Shown: positions 17,930 to 28,133, numbered from the stretch's first letter. The stretch is DNA of 64,000 nt from an uncultured Dokdonella sp. (GCA_964390215.1 CAYMHF010000006.1:2509-66508); one strand, 5' to 3'. The notes: generated by a model from the sequence alone, not told the origin. Translations and numbers: made by a program.

Positions 17930-18988
17930 TCAGCTGTGCAGGATTGACCTATCCATCTGATCCCGTCGAGCAGGTCCGGCTTCGGCGACTTTCAGCACAA
18001 GCTTGCCGGTGTTCTCGCCCTTGAACAGCTTGAGCAGGGTTTCCGGAAAGGTTTCGAGACCTTCGACGATATCCTCGCGGGTTTTCAGCCTGCCTTGCTG
18101 CATCCAGTTGGCCATCACGCTGGCTGCTTCGGCGTAGCGCGAGGCGTAGTCGAAAACGACCATGCCTTTCATCGATGCGCGATTGACGAGCAGGGACAGA
18201 TAGTTGCTCGGGCCTTTCACGGCTTCGGTGTTGTTGTATTGCGAGATGGCACCGCAGATGACAATGCGCGCGTGCATGGCGAGGCGTGACAGTGCCGCAT
18301 CAAGAATCTCGCCGCCGACATTGTCGAAATAGACATCGATGCCTTTCGGGCAATGCTGCTTGAGGGCTTCCTTGACGTCCTCGTTCTTGTAGTCGATGGC
18401 GGCGTCGAAGCCGAGCTCATCGGTGATGTAGCGGCACTTGTCGGCACCGCCGGCGATGCCGACAACATGGCAGCCCTTGATCTTCGCGATCTGGCCGACA
18501 ACCTGGCCGACAGCGCCGGCTGCGCCCGAGACGACCACGGTTTCACCCTCCTTGAGTTGGCCGACTTCGAGAATGCCGAAGTAGGCGGTCATGCCCGGCA
18601 TGCCGAGTGTGCCGAGATAGACCGGCAAGGGTGCGAGCTTCGGATCGATCTTGATCAATCCCTTGCCGTTGGAAACCGCATAGTCCTGCACGCCAAGTGC
18701 ACCGGTCACATGCTCGCCGACGGTGAACGCCGGGTTGTTCGAGGCGACGACCACGCCAGCAGCGCCGGCGCGCATGACTTCGCCGATACCGACCGGCGGG
18801 ATATACGATTTGCCCTCATTCATCCAGCCGCGCATCGCCGGATCAATCGAGATATACAACACCTTGACGAGGATCTCGCCATCAACGGCACTCGGCATCG
18901 GCGCTTCGACGAAATCGAAATCGCTGCGCTTGACCATGCCAATCGGGCGCCTGGCCAGTTTGAACTGGCGGTTGATGGCATTGCTCAT
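17930..18988 (-). CDS. NADP-dependent oxidoreductase (CurA/PTGR1-like MDR)
   Basis: DPAMRGWM, GMPGMTAYFG, SGAAGAVG, YFDNVGG, CGAISQYN. Confidence 0.93.
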   Translation of the reverse strand: MSNAINRQFKLARRPIGMVKRSDFDFVEAPMPSAVDGEILVKVLYISIDPAMRGWMNEGKSYIPPVGIGEVMRAGAAGVVVASNNPAFTVGEHVTGALGVQDYAVSNGKGLIKIDPKLAPLPVYLGTLGMPGMTAYFGILEVGQLKEGETVVVSGAAGAVGQVVGQIAKIKGCHVVGIAGGADKCRYITDELGFDAAIDYKNEDVKEALKQHCPKGIDVYFDNVGGEILDAALSRLAMHARIVICGAISQYNNTEAVKGPSNYLSLLVNRASMKGMVVFDYASRYAEAASVMANWMQQGRLKTREDIVEGLETFPETLLKLFKGENTGKLVLKVAEAGPARRDQMDRSILHS

Positions 18989-19146
18989 GATTGTCTCCGG
19001 GACGATGGCGGACGAACCACACACAATAGCCGGGAATACCGATCGCTGTCCGATCGGTCGTATCAAGTTCCGGACTGCGAATGCGCTGGTGGCCATCCGC
19101 ACGGCGAAATCACCTCGGGTGGGGCTGCCGTGAGGCAGAGCAATCC

Positions 19147-21117
19147 TTAGTGCAACGTCCAGTTCAAATTGACGCCGACCGAACGCTCCGGTGCAAACGT
19201 CGACAGCTCGTCGGCGGTAGCGAAGTACTGCTTGTCGAGCAAGTTGCGCACGTAGAGCTGGACGTTGAGCGACGGTGTGAAGTGGTAGCGCGCATCTGCA
19301 TCGACGATATCGACGGCATTGCGTTCGCGTTCTTCGAATCCCGGGCGATCGACCTTCCAGCGATGGTTGTAGCGCGCGCCCAACTCGATCTTGGTCGACT
19401 GATAGCGTGCTTCGAGATCGGCGCTGAGTGGTGGAATTCCATACAGCGTCTGGCCGGTGTTGTCCTCGCCGCGAACCACGGAAAGGCTGCTGCGAAGCGT
19501 GAATTCACTGTTCGGCGACCAGCCGAGCGCGGCCTCAGCGCCGTGCAATCGGGCCTTGCCGACGTTCGTATAGCCGTTGACATCGGGACTCAGGTCGACC
19601 AGCTGGATGAGCTCTTTGACCTCGGTGCGCCAGACATGGATTTCACCGCCCCAATTGCCTGCATTGAGCGCGTAGCCAAGATCAATGCCTTCGGAATGTT
19701 CGGCGCCAAGGCTGGGGTTGCCGACGATTTCACCTTGTGCGGTGACGCCGGTGAAGAAGCGCTCCTCGAGGGTGGGAAAGCGGTAGCCCGAGGCGAGATT
19801 CAGCGTCCAGCGACTCCAGTCGTTCGCTGTCCAGATCGCCCCGCCGGTGAATGCCTGATCGTTGTTGCTTGAGTGTGCGCCGGCCTGTTTCTGCTTGATC
19901 GAGGTTGTGCGTGCGCCGAGTTCGAAGCCTAGCTGTCCGGTCGCACGCCAATCGGTCACGGCGAACAGTGACCACGCATCCTCCTGGCCATCACGCAGAC
20001 TGTAGACACGATTGAGCACCGAACCGCGTGCGTCGTAGCCATTGACGTTGCGCCGGCCGAGGTATTCAACGCCGATGTTGCTGATGAAATTGCCGGACTG
20101 AAAGGTTCGTTGTGCGGTGCCGCCGACATCCGTGCTGCTGATCGCGGCGAAGGAGTCGGGTGAGCCCGGTCTCTGGTTGTACGTTCCGAGGTACTGGTCG
20201 TGTGCATGCAGGGTTGCCTCGAAACCATCGGCATTGCGCAGGCGCACGCGGCCGAGCGCGTGGCTGTCCTCCGGGTAGGTCGTGTCGCGCGTCGGATAAC
20301 GCGAGTTCGACTTGCCGATGTTCTCGGTGCGCGAAGGCAGCAGGAGCATGTCGAGATCGAAATCGCCAAGCTTCGTACGGTACTGCAGCGAGGCGCTTTC
20401 CCTTTCGAAACTGGTGTTCAATGGGGTGCCGTTCGGGGCTTTGCTGTCTCCTGCCTGATGCCGCGATGCGGCCACCGAGAAGTTTTCCGAACCGGTGCCA
20501 GCGGTCAGCGTGCCCTCGTTGCCCGAGCTGGCATACCCCGCCTGGAAAAAGGGCGACTCAAACCAGCGTGGCTCTATCGAGATTGCACCGCCGAGGGCGC
20601 CGGCACCGAAATGCACGACCGCCGGGCCGCGGGTGACGGTGATGTCACCAAGCAGGGACGGTTCGACAAAGGCGACCGGCACGCCAGCACGCCGTTGCGC
20701 CGTGATCGGCATGCCGCCGACCAGGATCAGGATGCCATTGGCGCCACTGCCGCGGATCGAGAAGGTCTCGAAAATGCCGTTCTGGCCGGTTGCGCCAACG
20801 CCCGGCACACGCGTGATCAGATCCTGGAAATCGGAAGGTGCTGCGATGGCATCGGCGTAGGTCACGACATCGGTTGCCAGTGCCGAGGGCCAGTCGTTCG
20901 CGGTTCCGCGTGCGGTCACGTGAATCGCGTCGGTTTGCCAGGGTGTTTCGCCGTCACCTGGAATGCGCGCCTGGTGATCCGATCCGGTTGATGCGCCGCT
21001 GTAATGCCTGGACTCGTCCTGGCTTTCAAGAAGGTCGTCGGCGAGCGCAACAGGTGAGCTGAAGGCGGCAATGTTGAATGCCGCTGCGATGGCGGTACGT
21101 CGGAGCAATCGAGACAT
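19147..21117 (-). CDS. TonB-dependent receptor
   Basis: Signal peptide; plug motifs FSIRG and RGPAVVHFGAGALGGAI; YRFPTLEERF; NLLDKQY; terminal beta-strand. Confidence 0.9.
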   Translation of the reverse strand: MSRLLRRTAIAAAFNIAAFSSPVALADDLLESQDESRHYSGASTGSDHQARIPGDGETPWQTDAIHVTARGTANDWPSALATDVVTYADAIAAPSDFQDLITRVPGVGATGQNGIFETFSIRGSGANGILILVGGMPITAQRRAGVPVAFVEPSLLGDITVTRGPAVVHFGAGALGGAISIEPRWFESPFFQAGYASSGNEGTLTAGTGSENFSVAASRHQAGDSKAPNGTPLNTSFERESASLQYRTKLGDFDLDMLLLPSRTENIGKSNSRYPTRDTTYPEDSHALGRVRLRNADGFEATLHAHDQYLGTYNQRPGSPDSFAAISSTDVGGTAQRTFQSGNFISNIGVEYLGRRNVNGYDARGSVLNRVYSLRDGQEDAWSLFAVTDWRATGQLGFELGARTTSIKQKQAGAHSSNNDQAFTGGAIWTANDWSRWTLNLASGYRFPTLEERFFTGVTAQGEIVGNPSLGAEHSEGIDLGYALNAGNWGGEIHVWRTEVKELIQLVDLSPDVNGYTNVGKARLHGAEAALGWSPNSEFTLRSSLSVVRGEDNTGQTLYGIPPLSADLEARYQSTKIELGARYNHRWKVDRPGFEERERNAVDIVDADARYHFTPSLNVQLYVRNLLDKQYFATADELSTFAPERSVGVNLNWTLH

Positions 21118-21441
21118 GGTTTTTTTCCTGGATGCCCCGTTTCGATCTCGAAGCGGGGAATGCTGCAGTCTAGATAACTCGAGCAGACGGGATAATCCGT
21201 CTACAGGCGGAGTGGCACCCGATCATGGCCGATGGCCCGAAGCGAACCGGGGTGCACAGCGTTGGCCGGCGAAGTGCTGTTCGGCGATCAATACATGTCG
21301 TCGAACAATTCGCTGACGCCTGCCTTGCGCGGCGCCCGGCTTGTCAGCTTGCCGTTCGCTGATCCTCGCGGTCGCCATCGGAATTCTGATGCGCCGATGC
21401 GGTAGTCTTCATCCTCTCCGGAATCCTGCAGGAGCGCGCAC

Positions 21442-22176
21442 GTGAACCGAATCAATTCCAGGGCCATCGCGCTCGCCGTTTTTGGCATTTTCCTGCTGGC
21501 TTTGCCGATGCTTGCCGCTGCTGGCGATCCAGCTGCAAGTCATGTGCGCAACATTTTTCTCGTTCGACATGGCAATTACGTGTCTGATCCGACCGCAGAC
21601 AAGAAGCTCGGCCCCGGGCTTTCGCCGATCGGGGTTGCCCAGGCGCATCTGGTCGGAACACGACTGGCTTCCATGCCGATTCATTTCGATGCCCTGTATG
21701 CCAGTCCTCTGCAGCGCGCCCGCGACACAGCGGCGATCATTGGCGAAGATTTTCCGGGGCGGACGTTCAGCGTGCTCGATGATCTGGAGGAGTGCACCCC
21801 ACCGACGCGTCGCACCGAAATCACCCGGGATGACAAGCCCGAGCAACTGGCCGCGTGCAAGGCCCAGCTCGATCGGCTGTTCGACGCACATTTCAAACCG
21901 GCCGAAGCTGCCGAGCGCAACGAAATGTATGTCTGCCACGGCAACGTGATCCGTTATCTGACCACCCGTGTGCTAGGCGTGGATACCCGGGCCTGGCTGG
22001 AAATGTCGGTTCATCACGCCAGCATCACCCAGATCCGCGTTGAGGCAGATGGCAGCTTCAAGGTTATTGCGGTCGGCGATTCCGGGTACATGCCGGCCAA
22101 CATGTTGACCGGGGCTAGTGGTGATGCCGATCGCAGTCTGGCGATTCCCGTGTTGCCGGTGAAACCGGCTGACTGA
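21442..22176 (+). CDS. Exported histidine phosphatase (PGAM5-like)
   Basis: Signal peptide; LVRHG, SPLQRARDTA, VCHGNVIRY. Confidence 0.88.
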   Translation: MNRINSRAIALAVFGIFLLALPMLAAAGDPAASHVRNIFLVRHGNYVSDPTADKKLGPGLSPIGVAQAHLVGTRLASMPIHFDALYASPLQRARDTAAIIGEDFPGRTFSVLDDLEECTPPTRRTEITRDDKPEQLAACKAQLDRLFDAHFKPAEAAERNEMYVCHGNVIRYLTTRVLGVDTRAWLEMSVHHASITQIRVEADGSFKVIAVGDSGYMPANMLTGASGDADRSLAIPVLPVKPAD

Positions 22177-22375
22177 GCCTCGGCACCTCGTTGCCGGACG
22201 CGCCTGAAGGCTCTTTGCCTGCACGCGATCGCGGTTGCGCAACCCGTCAATCGACAAGTCCACAGGATCTCCATGATTCTTGCGCACCGTCTGCACAAGG
22301 TGGTCGCAGAGTGCCTGTCGATCAGGGCTTGCCGCGCTGTCGGCAAGTTCAATTTCACATGCGCAGGAGATTCCC

Positions 22376-23581
22376 GTGGCATTCATCCATCCATGCGTGC
22401 GGTTGCTTGTTGGCTGCCTGATTTTCGGCAATGTCCACGCTGACCAGGGTGCGCCGGTTCTACCGTCACCGCCGTATGACTATTTCGTGCCGCTGCCAGG
22501 CTATTTCTTTGTGCCGGCAGTGCCCGGATCACCGACCCAGATCGCGGTGATTGATCATGACAACACGCCGTCCGACAACCCGACCACCAATACCGGAGCA
22601 ACGCTGGGGCGGGTGCTCTTCTATGACAAGAGCCTCAGCTTCAATGGAACGGTGTCCTGTGGTTCATGCCATCAGCCGATGCATGGGTTTTCGGATGCAA
22701 GCACCTTGAGCACGGGGTTTGATGGCGGTCATACGCGACGTCATTCGATGGGACTGACCAATGCGCGCTTCTACCAGCGAGGCCGGGCATTCTGGGACGA
22801 GCGCGCGCAGACCATGGAAATTCAGGCATTGATGCCTATTCAGGATCCGATCGAGATGGGCATGACACTGGTCGATCTGGAAACCCGGCTTGCGCAGAAG
22901 AGCTATTACCCGGCGCTGTTCGACGCCGCGTTCGGCGATCCGGCGATCAGCGCCGATCGCATTGGCAAGGCGATCGCGCAATTCGTGCGCAGCCTGGTAT
23001 CGATCACCAGCCGCTACGATCAGGGCCGCGCCATGGTCAACAACGTCAACCAGCCTTTCCCCAATTTCACGATGCAGGAGAATCAGGGCAAGTCCCTGTT
23101 CCTTACCGCACCTCAGGCAGGTGGTGCCGGCTGCGGCGGCTGTCACGCCACGGAAGCCTTCGTCAACGAGCAGAACGGTCCGTTGAACAACGGACTTGAT
23201 CTTGATACGAGCGCCGATCAGGGGGCGTTTGAAACGTTTGCCACGCCAAATTTTCTCGGCTCGTTCAAGACGCCATCGTTGCGAAATATCGCGGTACGGG
23301 CCCCGTACATGCATGACGGGCGCTTCGCCACGCTTGAGCAGGTCGTCGAGCACTACAACTCGGGCGTCAAGGCGCATGCAAACCTCGATAACCGCTTGCG
23401 CCTGCCGAACGGAAATCCGATTCGGTTGAATTTGAGCGTTGCGCAGAAGCAGGCGCTGGTCGTTTTCATGGGCACACTGACCGATGTCGCTTTCCTTGGT
23501 GATGTGCGCTATTCCGATCCGTTCCCGGGTTCCGGCTGTGGCGAACCGGGCGAATGCGTTTTCGCAAATGGATTCGAGTAG
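22376..23581 (+). CDS. Di-haem cytochrome c peroxidase (bCCP/MauG family)
   Basis: CGSCH and CGGCH; LGRVLFYD; FKTPSLRNIAVRAPYMHDG; ends VFANGFE; GGAGA before GTG 22376. Confidence 0.9.
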   Translation: MAFIHPCVRLLVGCLIFGNVHADQGAPVLPSPPYDYFVPLPGYFFVPAVPGSPTQIAVIDHDNTPSDNPTTNTGATLGRVLFYDKSLSFNGTVSCGSCHQPMHGFSDASTLSTGFDGGHTRRHSMGLTNARFYQRGRAFWDERAQTMEIQALMPIQDPIEMGMTLVDLETRLAQKSYYPALFDAAFGDPAISADRIGKAIAQFVRSLVSITSRYDQGRAMVNNVNQPFPNFTMQENQGKSLFLTAPQAGGAGCGGCHATEAFVNEQNGPLNNGLDLDTSADQGAFETFATPNFLGSFKTPSLRNIAVRAPYMHDGRFATLEQVVEHYNSGVKAHANLDNRLRLPNGNPIRLNLSVAQKQALVVFMGTLTDVAFLGDVRYSDPFPGSGCGEPGECVFANGFE

Positions 23582-23712
23582 CGCGGGAAGGATCCGGCAT
23601 CCACTCCGACCTGGTTTGTGGTCAGTCGACAGCGATCCGAGCCATCCACGGTTTCGGTTGTCGGTACGGAATCGGGTTGAAGATGCTTGGATCGATCCTG
23701 TTGCCGGTATAT

Positions 23713-23731
23713 GATAATGATTCGCATTACC
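23713..23731. promoter_or_regulatory. Fur-type box
   Basis: GATAATGATTCGCATTACC, 15/19 to GATAATGATAATCATTATC, 49 bp before ATG 23780. Confidence 0.7.
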
Positions 23732-23779
23732 GAATCTTGCCGAGCGCTGACGCGCCGCATGTCCACCGGAGACATTTCG

Positions 23780-24397
23780 ATGAATTTTCCAGACTTCTAC
23801 AATCAGGCGCCTGTAGTCCGCACGTTTGACCGGCTGGCACAGCTGCTCGGCGCGTCCGATGGTGGATTGCTCGATTATTGCTACGCCGATGCCGTGCGTC
23901 TGGCCGGGCATTCCTGTCCAACGGTTGCCGGCGCCTTCCTCAGTGGACGTGCCGCGCTGCGCGTGCTGTATCCCGACGGGCCAGCCGAGCGCGGCATGAT
24001 CGAGGTGGCGATGCCGGCACCCGCACACCACGGAACCACAGGGGTGGTCGCCCAGGTGCTGACCTTGCTGACCGGTGCGGCTGGTGAGAATGGCTTCCAG
24101 GGACTCGGCGGACGCCATGCCCGCGATGGCCTGTTGAGCTTCGCCGGGCGCCACGAATCCGATGCGATCGGTTTCCGTCGCCGCGACACTGGCGACAGCG
24201 TCGCCGTGGAACTGGATACCGCACCGGTGCCCGGTGACCCGCAGATGCGCCCCCTGCTCACCGCGATCATGCAGGATTCCGCCAGCGAGGCGCAGAAGCG
24301 GGACTTTGCCCGCGTCTGGCAGGAACGCGTGCGGCGCATGTTGCTCGATTTCGCTGACGACGTGCGCGTGATCAAGGTAACCCGTTTGGCCGCCTGA
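23780..24397 (+). CDS. FmdE-domain metal-binding protein
   Basis: DAVRLAGHSCPTVAGA motif; GFQGLGG. Confidence 0.8.
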   Translation: MNFPDFYNQAPVVRTFDRLAQLLGASDGGLLDYCYADAVRLAGHSCPTVAGAFLSGRAALRVLYPDGPAERGMIEVAMPAPAHHGTTGVVAQVLTLLTGAAGENGFQGLGGRHARDGLLSFAGRHESDAIGFRRRDTGDSVAVELDTAPVPGDPQMRPLLTAIMQDSASEAQKRDFARVWQERVRRMLLDFADDVRVIKVTRLAA

Positions 24398-24438
24398 GTA
24401 CGGGTTTGTCATATCCGGTTTGGTCAGGCGCCCGCGCT

Positions 24439-24452
24439 TTGACTCGAATCAA
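24439..24452. promoter_or_regulatory. FNR-type box upstream of moeA
   Basis: TTGAC-TCGA-ATCAA. Confidence 0.65.
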
Positions 24453-24633
24453 TGCCGATATTGCGGCGGGCGTCGAACATGGCGTCGCTGGCCGCCAACC
24501 TGGCGCGCAGCGGATCCGGAGGATGCATGGAATTCGGCAACAGGCTATCGCGCGCCGCCCCCGGGTTTCGTTGTGCGCATGTTTTTAGCGTGCCTGCAGA
24601 TGACGTCAGCAATGCGTCGGGGCAGGGTGATTC

Positions 24634-25947
24634 GTGATCCGCTATGGCGCTGCTCTGCAGCAGATTCTCGCGCAATGTGCGCCGCTGCCGCCGCATGAAC
24701 TACCTCTGGCGCAGGCGCTTGGAGGCATTCTTGCCGAGAATGTGCGCGCAGCGGCGGATCTGCCGCCGTTCGACAACTCGGCCATGGATGGTTTCGCCCT
24801 CGTCTGCGCTGGCAAGACGCTGCCGGCCGGGAGCGAATTCACGGTAGTCGGATCACAGGCCGCGGGTGACGGCAGCAATCGCGCGCCGATACCGCCGGCG
24901 GGCGGCGACGCCTGCGAGATCATGACCGGGGCCAGCCTGCCAGCTGGTTTCGATGCGGTTATTCCGATCGAGCAGGTATGCATTCTCGAACAGATCGAGG
25001 AGCGTCCCTGGCGCATCCGTCTCGATGCGCCGGTGCAGCCGGGCGCGCATGTGCGTCGCCATGGCCAGGATGTGCCCAGGGGACAGTGCGTATTGCACGC
25101 GGGTTCAACAGTCACGCCTGCCGCGCACATGCTGCTGGCCGCGCTGGGCATGGCCTCGGTCGCTGTTCGCGGACCTGTTCCGGTGGCCCTGCTCAGCACC
25201 GGGCGTGAACTGATCGATGATCCTGGCCAGCCACTTGCCGCGGGCCAGATTCGCAACAGCAACGGGCCTTACCTTTCCGATCGCCTGCGTGAAGCCGGCG
25301 CGCGGGTCGTGCATGCGCAGACTGTCAGCGACGTTCCTGCGGAATTCCTTGCCGCGCTTGAGCGCAGCCTGGCCGCGGGCGCACGGGTGCTGCTGAGCAC
25401 AGGTGCGGTGTCGATGGGACGCCATGATTTCATTGCCGATGCATTGCGCGGGATCGGTGCGCAGATCGTGTTTCACAAGGTTGCGATCCGGCCTGGCAAA
25501 CCGCTGCTTTTCGGGCAACTCCGGGGAGGCCAGTTGTATTTCGGGCTGCCCGGAAACCCGGTCGCCGGTGCGGTCGGCATGCGCTTCTTCGTCGAGCCGG
25601 CGCTGCGTGCCCTGCTTGGCCAGCCATCCGAACAGCCCTTGCGACTGCCGCTGGCCGAAGGCGTGCAGAAGAAAGCAGGCTTTCGCTTTCTGCAGAAGGC
25701 CTGCGTGCAGATCGATGCGGATGCGCGACTCAGCGTACGTCTGCTGCAAGGGCAGGAATCGTTTCGCATCCTGCCGCTGCTGCTTGCCAATGCCTGGGCG
25801 GTGCTTGCGGAAGATGCCCGGTATCTGCCCGCCGGCACCCTGATCGAGGTGCATGGGCTGGAGGGTCGCGGCGTGCTTCTTGATGCCGCACAAGCGCGTG
25901 CTCGCGGCGAGGGCGCGGAGACCGCCAGGACAACGAAGGAAGCGTGA
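24634..25947 (+). CDS. moeA: Molybdopterin molybdotransferase
   Basis: PPFDNSAMDGFA, IMTGA, STGAVSMG, RPGKP, GLPGNP. Confidence 0.95.
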   Translation: MIRYGAALQQILAQCAPLPPHELPLAQALGGILAENVRAAADLPPFDNSAMDGFALVCAGKTLPAGSEFTVVGSQAAGDGSNRAPIPPAGGDACEIMTGASLPAGFDAVIPIEQVCILEQIEERPWRIRLDAPVQPGAHVRRHGQDVPRGQCVLHAGSTVTPAAHMLLAALGMASVAVRGPVPVALLSTGRELIDDPGQPLAAGQIRNSNGPYLSDRLREAGARVVHAQTVSDVPAEFLAALERSLAAGARVLLSTGAVSMGRHDFIADALRGIGAQIVFHKVAIRPGKPLLFGQLRGGQLYFGLPGNPVAGAVGMRFFVEPALRALLGQPSEQPLRLPLAEGVQKKAGFRFLQKACVQIDADARLSVRLLQGQESFRILPLLLANAWAVLAEDARYLPAGTLIEVHGLEGRGVLLDAAQARARGEGAETARTTKEA

Positions 25948-26342
25948 TGAAACTGCAGATTCAGGGCCAATCCCTGCGCTTTCGTATCGATGAAGCCGAG
26001 CTTTCGTGTCTGCTCGCTGGCGAGATGCTTGAGGGTCGAACACAAATCACGGCCGATCGGTACTTCTCGCAGGCCATCGGCTTGCATGCGGGCAAGCAGG
26101 TGATGCTGGAAGTTCTTCCTGACCGCTGGCGCGTGCTGCTTCCCGAGGGACGCTTGCGCGACTATGTGGCTCGATTGCCTTGCCGGGATGCCCTGGCCTT
26201 TGCGGTGACCGTGGCCGAGGGCGTCGGACTGAGTGTTCAGTTCGAGGTCGATGTGCGCGACAGCCTGCAAGTGCGCGGACCGCGGCGACGTGGCGAATCG
26301 CCGCAAGCCTCGCCGCTGCCGGGTGCCACAGACGATTCCTGA
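25944..26342 (+). CDS. Hypothetical protein coupled to moeA
   Basis: GTGA overlap with moeA stop; MKLQIQGQSLRFRIDEAEL. Confidence 0.75.
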   Translation: MMKLQIQGQSLRFRIDEAELSCLLAGEMLEGRTQITADRYFSQAIGLHAGKQVMLEVLPDRWRVLLPEGRLRDYVARLPCRDALAFAVTVAEGVGLSVQFEVDVRDSLQVRGPRRRGESPQASPLPGATDDS

Positions 26343-26610
26343 TCACCGAGCCGGGAGTCCGCGTGAGTTGCCTGCCGAGCTTCGGATCGACTCGCAAAGG
26401 CACCCTTCACTGCACTGTTGAATGCGCTGAAAATGAGGCGGCGCGAGCCTTTGCGGGCAGCTGCCTGCTCCCATCGAGACGGTTTCCAGGCTAGCTTCAT
26501 GGGCCAGGATCGCCCCACGGATCTGAATCTCCCGGGTCATTGGCGATCTCGCTACTTGCGCTTTTTTCGATGAATCAGGTTTGCCACCCGCAACGGCTGC
26601 GAGACGGCGA

Positions 26611-26624
26611 TTGACCGAGGTCAA
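26611..26624. promoter_or_regulatory. FNR-type box upstream of narK-narG
   Basis: Palindrome TTGAC-CGAG-GTCAA, about 100 bp before narK. Confidence 0.75.
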
Positions 26625-26726
26625 AGCTTCGCTGGATGACAGTGCCTACGCTATCGGCTGATGCAGCGCCGCAATCATCGACGCGGCGCTGCCTGCAATC
26701 GTTGACCCCCCAAACGAGGCGACACA

Positions 26727-28133
26727 ATGGCAAGCACCGGGCAGGAATCGAGGCACGGCCGCAAGGTTCTGCATGACTGGCACCCCGAGGATCCCGCGTT
26801 CTGGTCCGCCAAGGGCAGCAGGATCGCCAATCGCAACCTGGCCATCTCCATTCCCGCGCTGCTGCTCGCATTCGCCATCTGGATGGTGTTTTCGGTGGTC
26901 GTGGTCAGCCTGCCGAAGATCGGTTTCCAGTTCGATACCGATCAGCTGTTCTGGCTGACCGCGCTGCCCGGCCTTTCCGGCGCAACCTTGCGCATCTTCT
27001 ACGCATTCCTGGTGCCGATCTTCGGTGGTCGGCGCTGGACAGCGATTTCTACCGCGTTGTTGATGATTCCCGCGCTGTGGCTGGGCTTTGCCGTGCAGGA
27101 CACGGCGACACCGTTCTGGCACTTCATGGCGATTGCCATCCTGTGTGGCCTGGGTGGTGGCAACTTTGCCTCGTCGATGTCGAATATCTCGTTCTTCTTT
27201 CCCAAGGCGAAGCAGGGCTATGCGCTGGGCATGAACGCCGGTCTCGGCAATGTCGGTGTATCGGTCACCCAGTTCTTCATTCCGCTGGTGATCACGGCGG
27301 GTGTGTTCGGGACGCTGGTCGGTGCGCCGCAAACCACCGCCGATGGCGGCACGCTGTATCTGCAGAACGCGGGCTTCATATGGCTGCCATTCCTGTTCGT
27401 GTGCACGCTGGCGGCATGGTTCGGCATGAACGACCTGGAGGCCGCGCGCTCCAGTTTCGCCGAGCAGTCGGTGATCTTCCGGCGCAAGCACAACTGGCTG
27501 ATCTGCTGGCTTTACACCGGCACCTTCGGCAGCTTCATCGGTTATTCGGCCGGCTTCCCGATGCTGATCAAGACCCAGTTCCCCGACATCAATGCGCTCA
27601 GCTACGCCTTTCTCGGGCCGCTGGTTGGCGCGCTGGCCCGGCCACTCGGCGGCTGGCTGGCGGACAAGCTCGGCGGCGCGATGCTGACGTTCTGGGTATT
27701 CGTGTTGATGACGGTATCGGTTTTCGGCGTCTTGCACTTCCTGCCAGGTAATGGTTCAGCGGGCAACTTCGTCGGCTTCCTGGTCATTTTCATGGTCTTG
27801 TTTGTGTTGACCGGCATCGGCAACGCATCGACTTTCCGCATGATTCCGGTGATCTTTCGCAGCATGCGCGAACGTGAGCTGGGGCCGCAGCCGAGTGCCG
27901 AGGACAAGGCCCTGGCCGCACGCCGCGCTGGAATAGAATCGGCCGCGGTCATCGGATTCTCCTCGGCAGTGGGTGCCTACGGCGGCTTCTTCATTCCCAA
28001 GAGCTACGGTTCGTCGATCGCCCTGACCGGCGGGCCGGAATTCGCGCTTTATGGATTTATTGGCTTTTATTTCACCTGTATCGCGATCACCTGGTGGTGG
28101 TACTTCCGCCGGGGTGCGGAAGCACCTTGCTGA
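26727..28133 (+). CDS. narK: Nitrate/nitrite transporter (NarK2-type)
   Basis: WHPEDPAFW, GGGNFASSMSNIS, FGSFIGYSAGFP, GAYGGFFIP. Confidence 0.95.
   Translation: MASTGQESRHGRKVLHDWHPEDPAFWSAKGSRIANRNLAISIPALLLAFAIWMVFSVVVVSLPKIGFQFDTDQLFWLTALPGLSGATLRIFYAFLVPIFGGRRWTAISTALLMIPALWLGFAVQDTATPFWHFMAIAILCGLGGGNFASSMSNISFFFPKAKQGYALGMNAGLGNVGVSVTQFFIPLVITAGVFGTLVGAPQTTADGGTLYLQNAGFIWLPFLFVCTLAAWFGMNDLEAARSSFAEQSVIFRRKHNWLICWLYTGTFGSFIGYSAGFPMLIKTQFPDINALSYAFLGPLVGALARPLGGWLADKLGGAMLTFWVFVLMTVSVFGVLHFLPGNGSAGNFVGFLVIFMVLFVLTGIGNASTFRMIPVIFRSMRERELGPQPSAEDKALAARRAGIESAAVIGFSSAVGAYGGFFIPKSYGSSIALTGGPEFALYGFIGFYFTCIAITWWWYFRRGAEAPC

Noticed and set aside
17930..17985. C-terminal extension of the NADP oxidoreductase as a new domain
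   Set aside because: About 15 extra residues; more simply a shifted stop codon.
22664..24412. 582-aa antisense ORF
   Set aside because: Shadow of the peroxidase and FmdE genes, typical of high-GC DNA; no motifs.
26540..26610. NarL heptamers upstream of narK
   Set aside because: Only weak single matches, no 7-2-7 arrangement.
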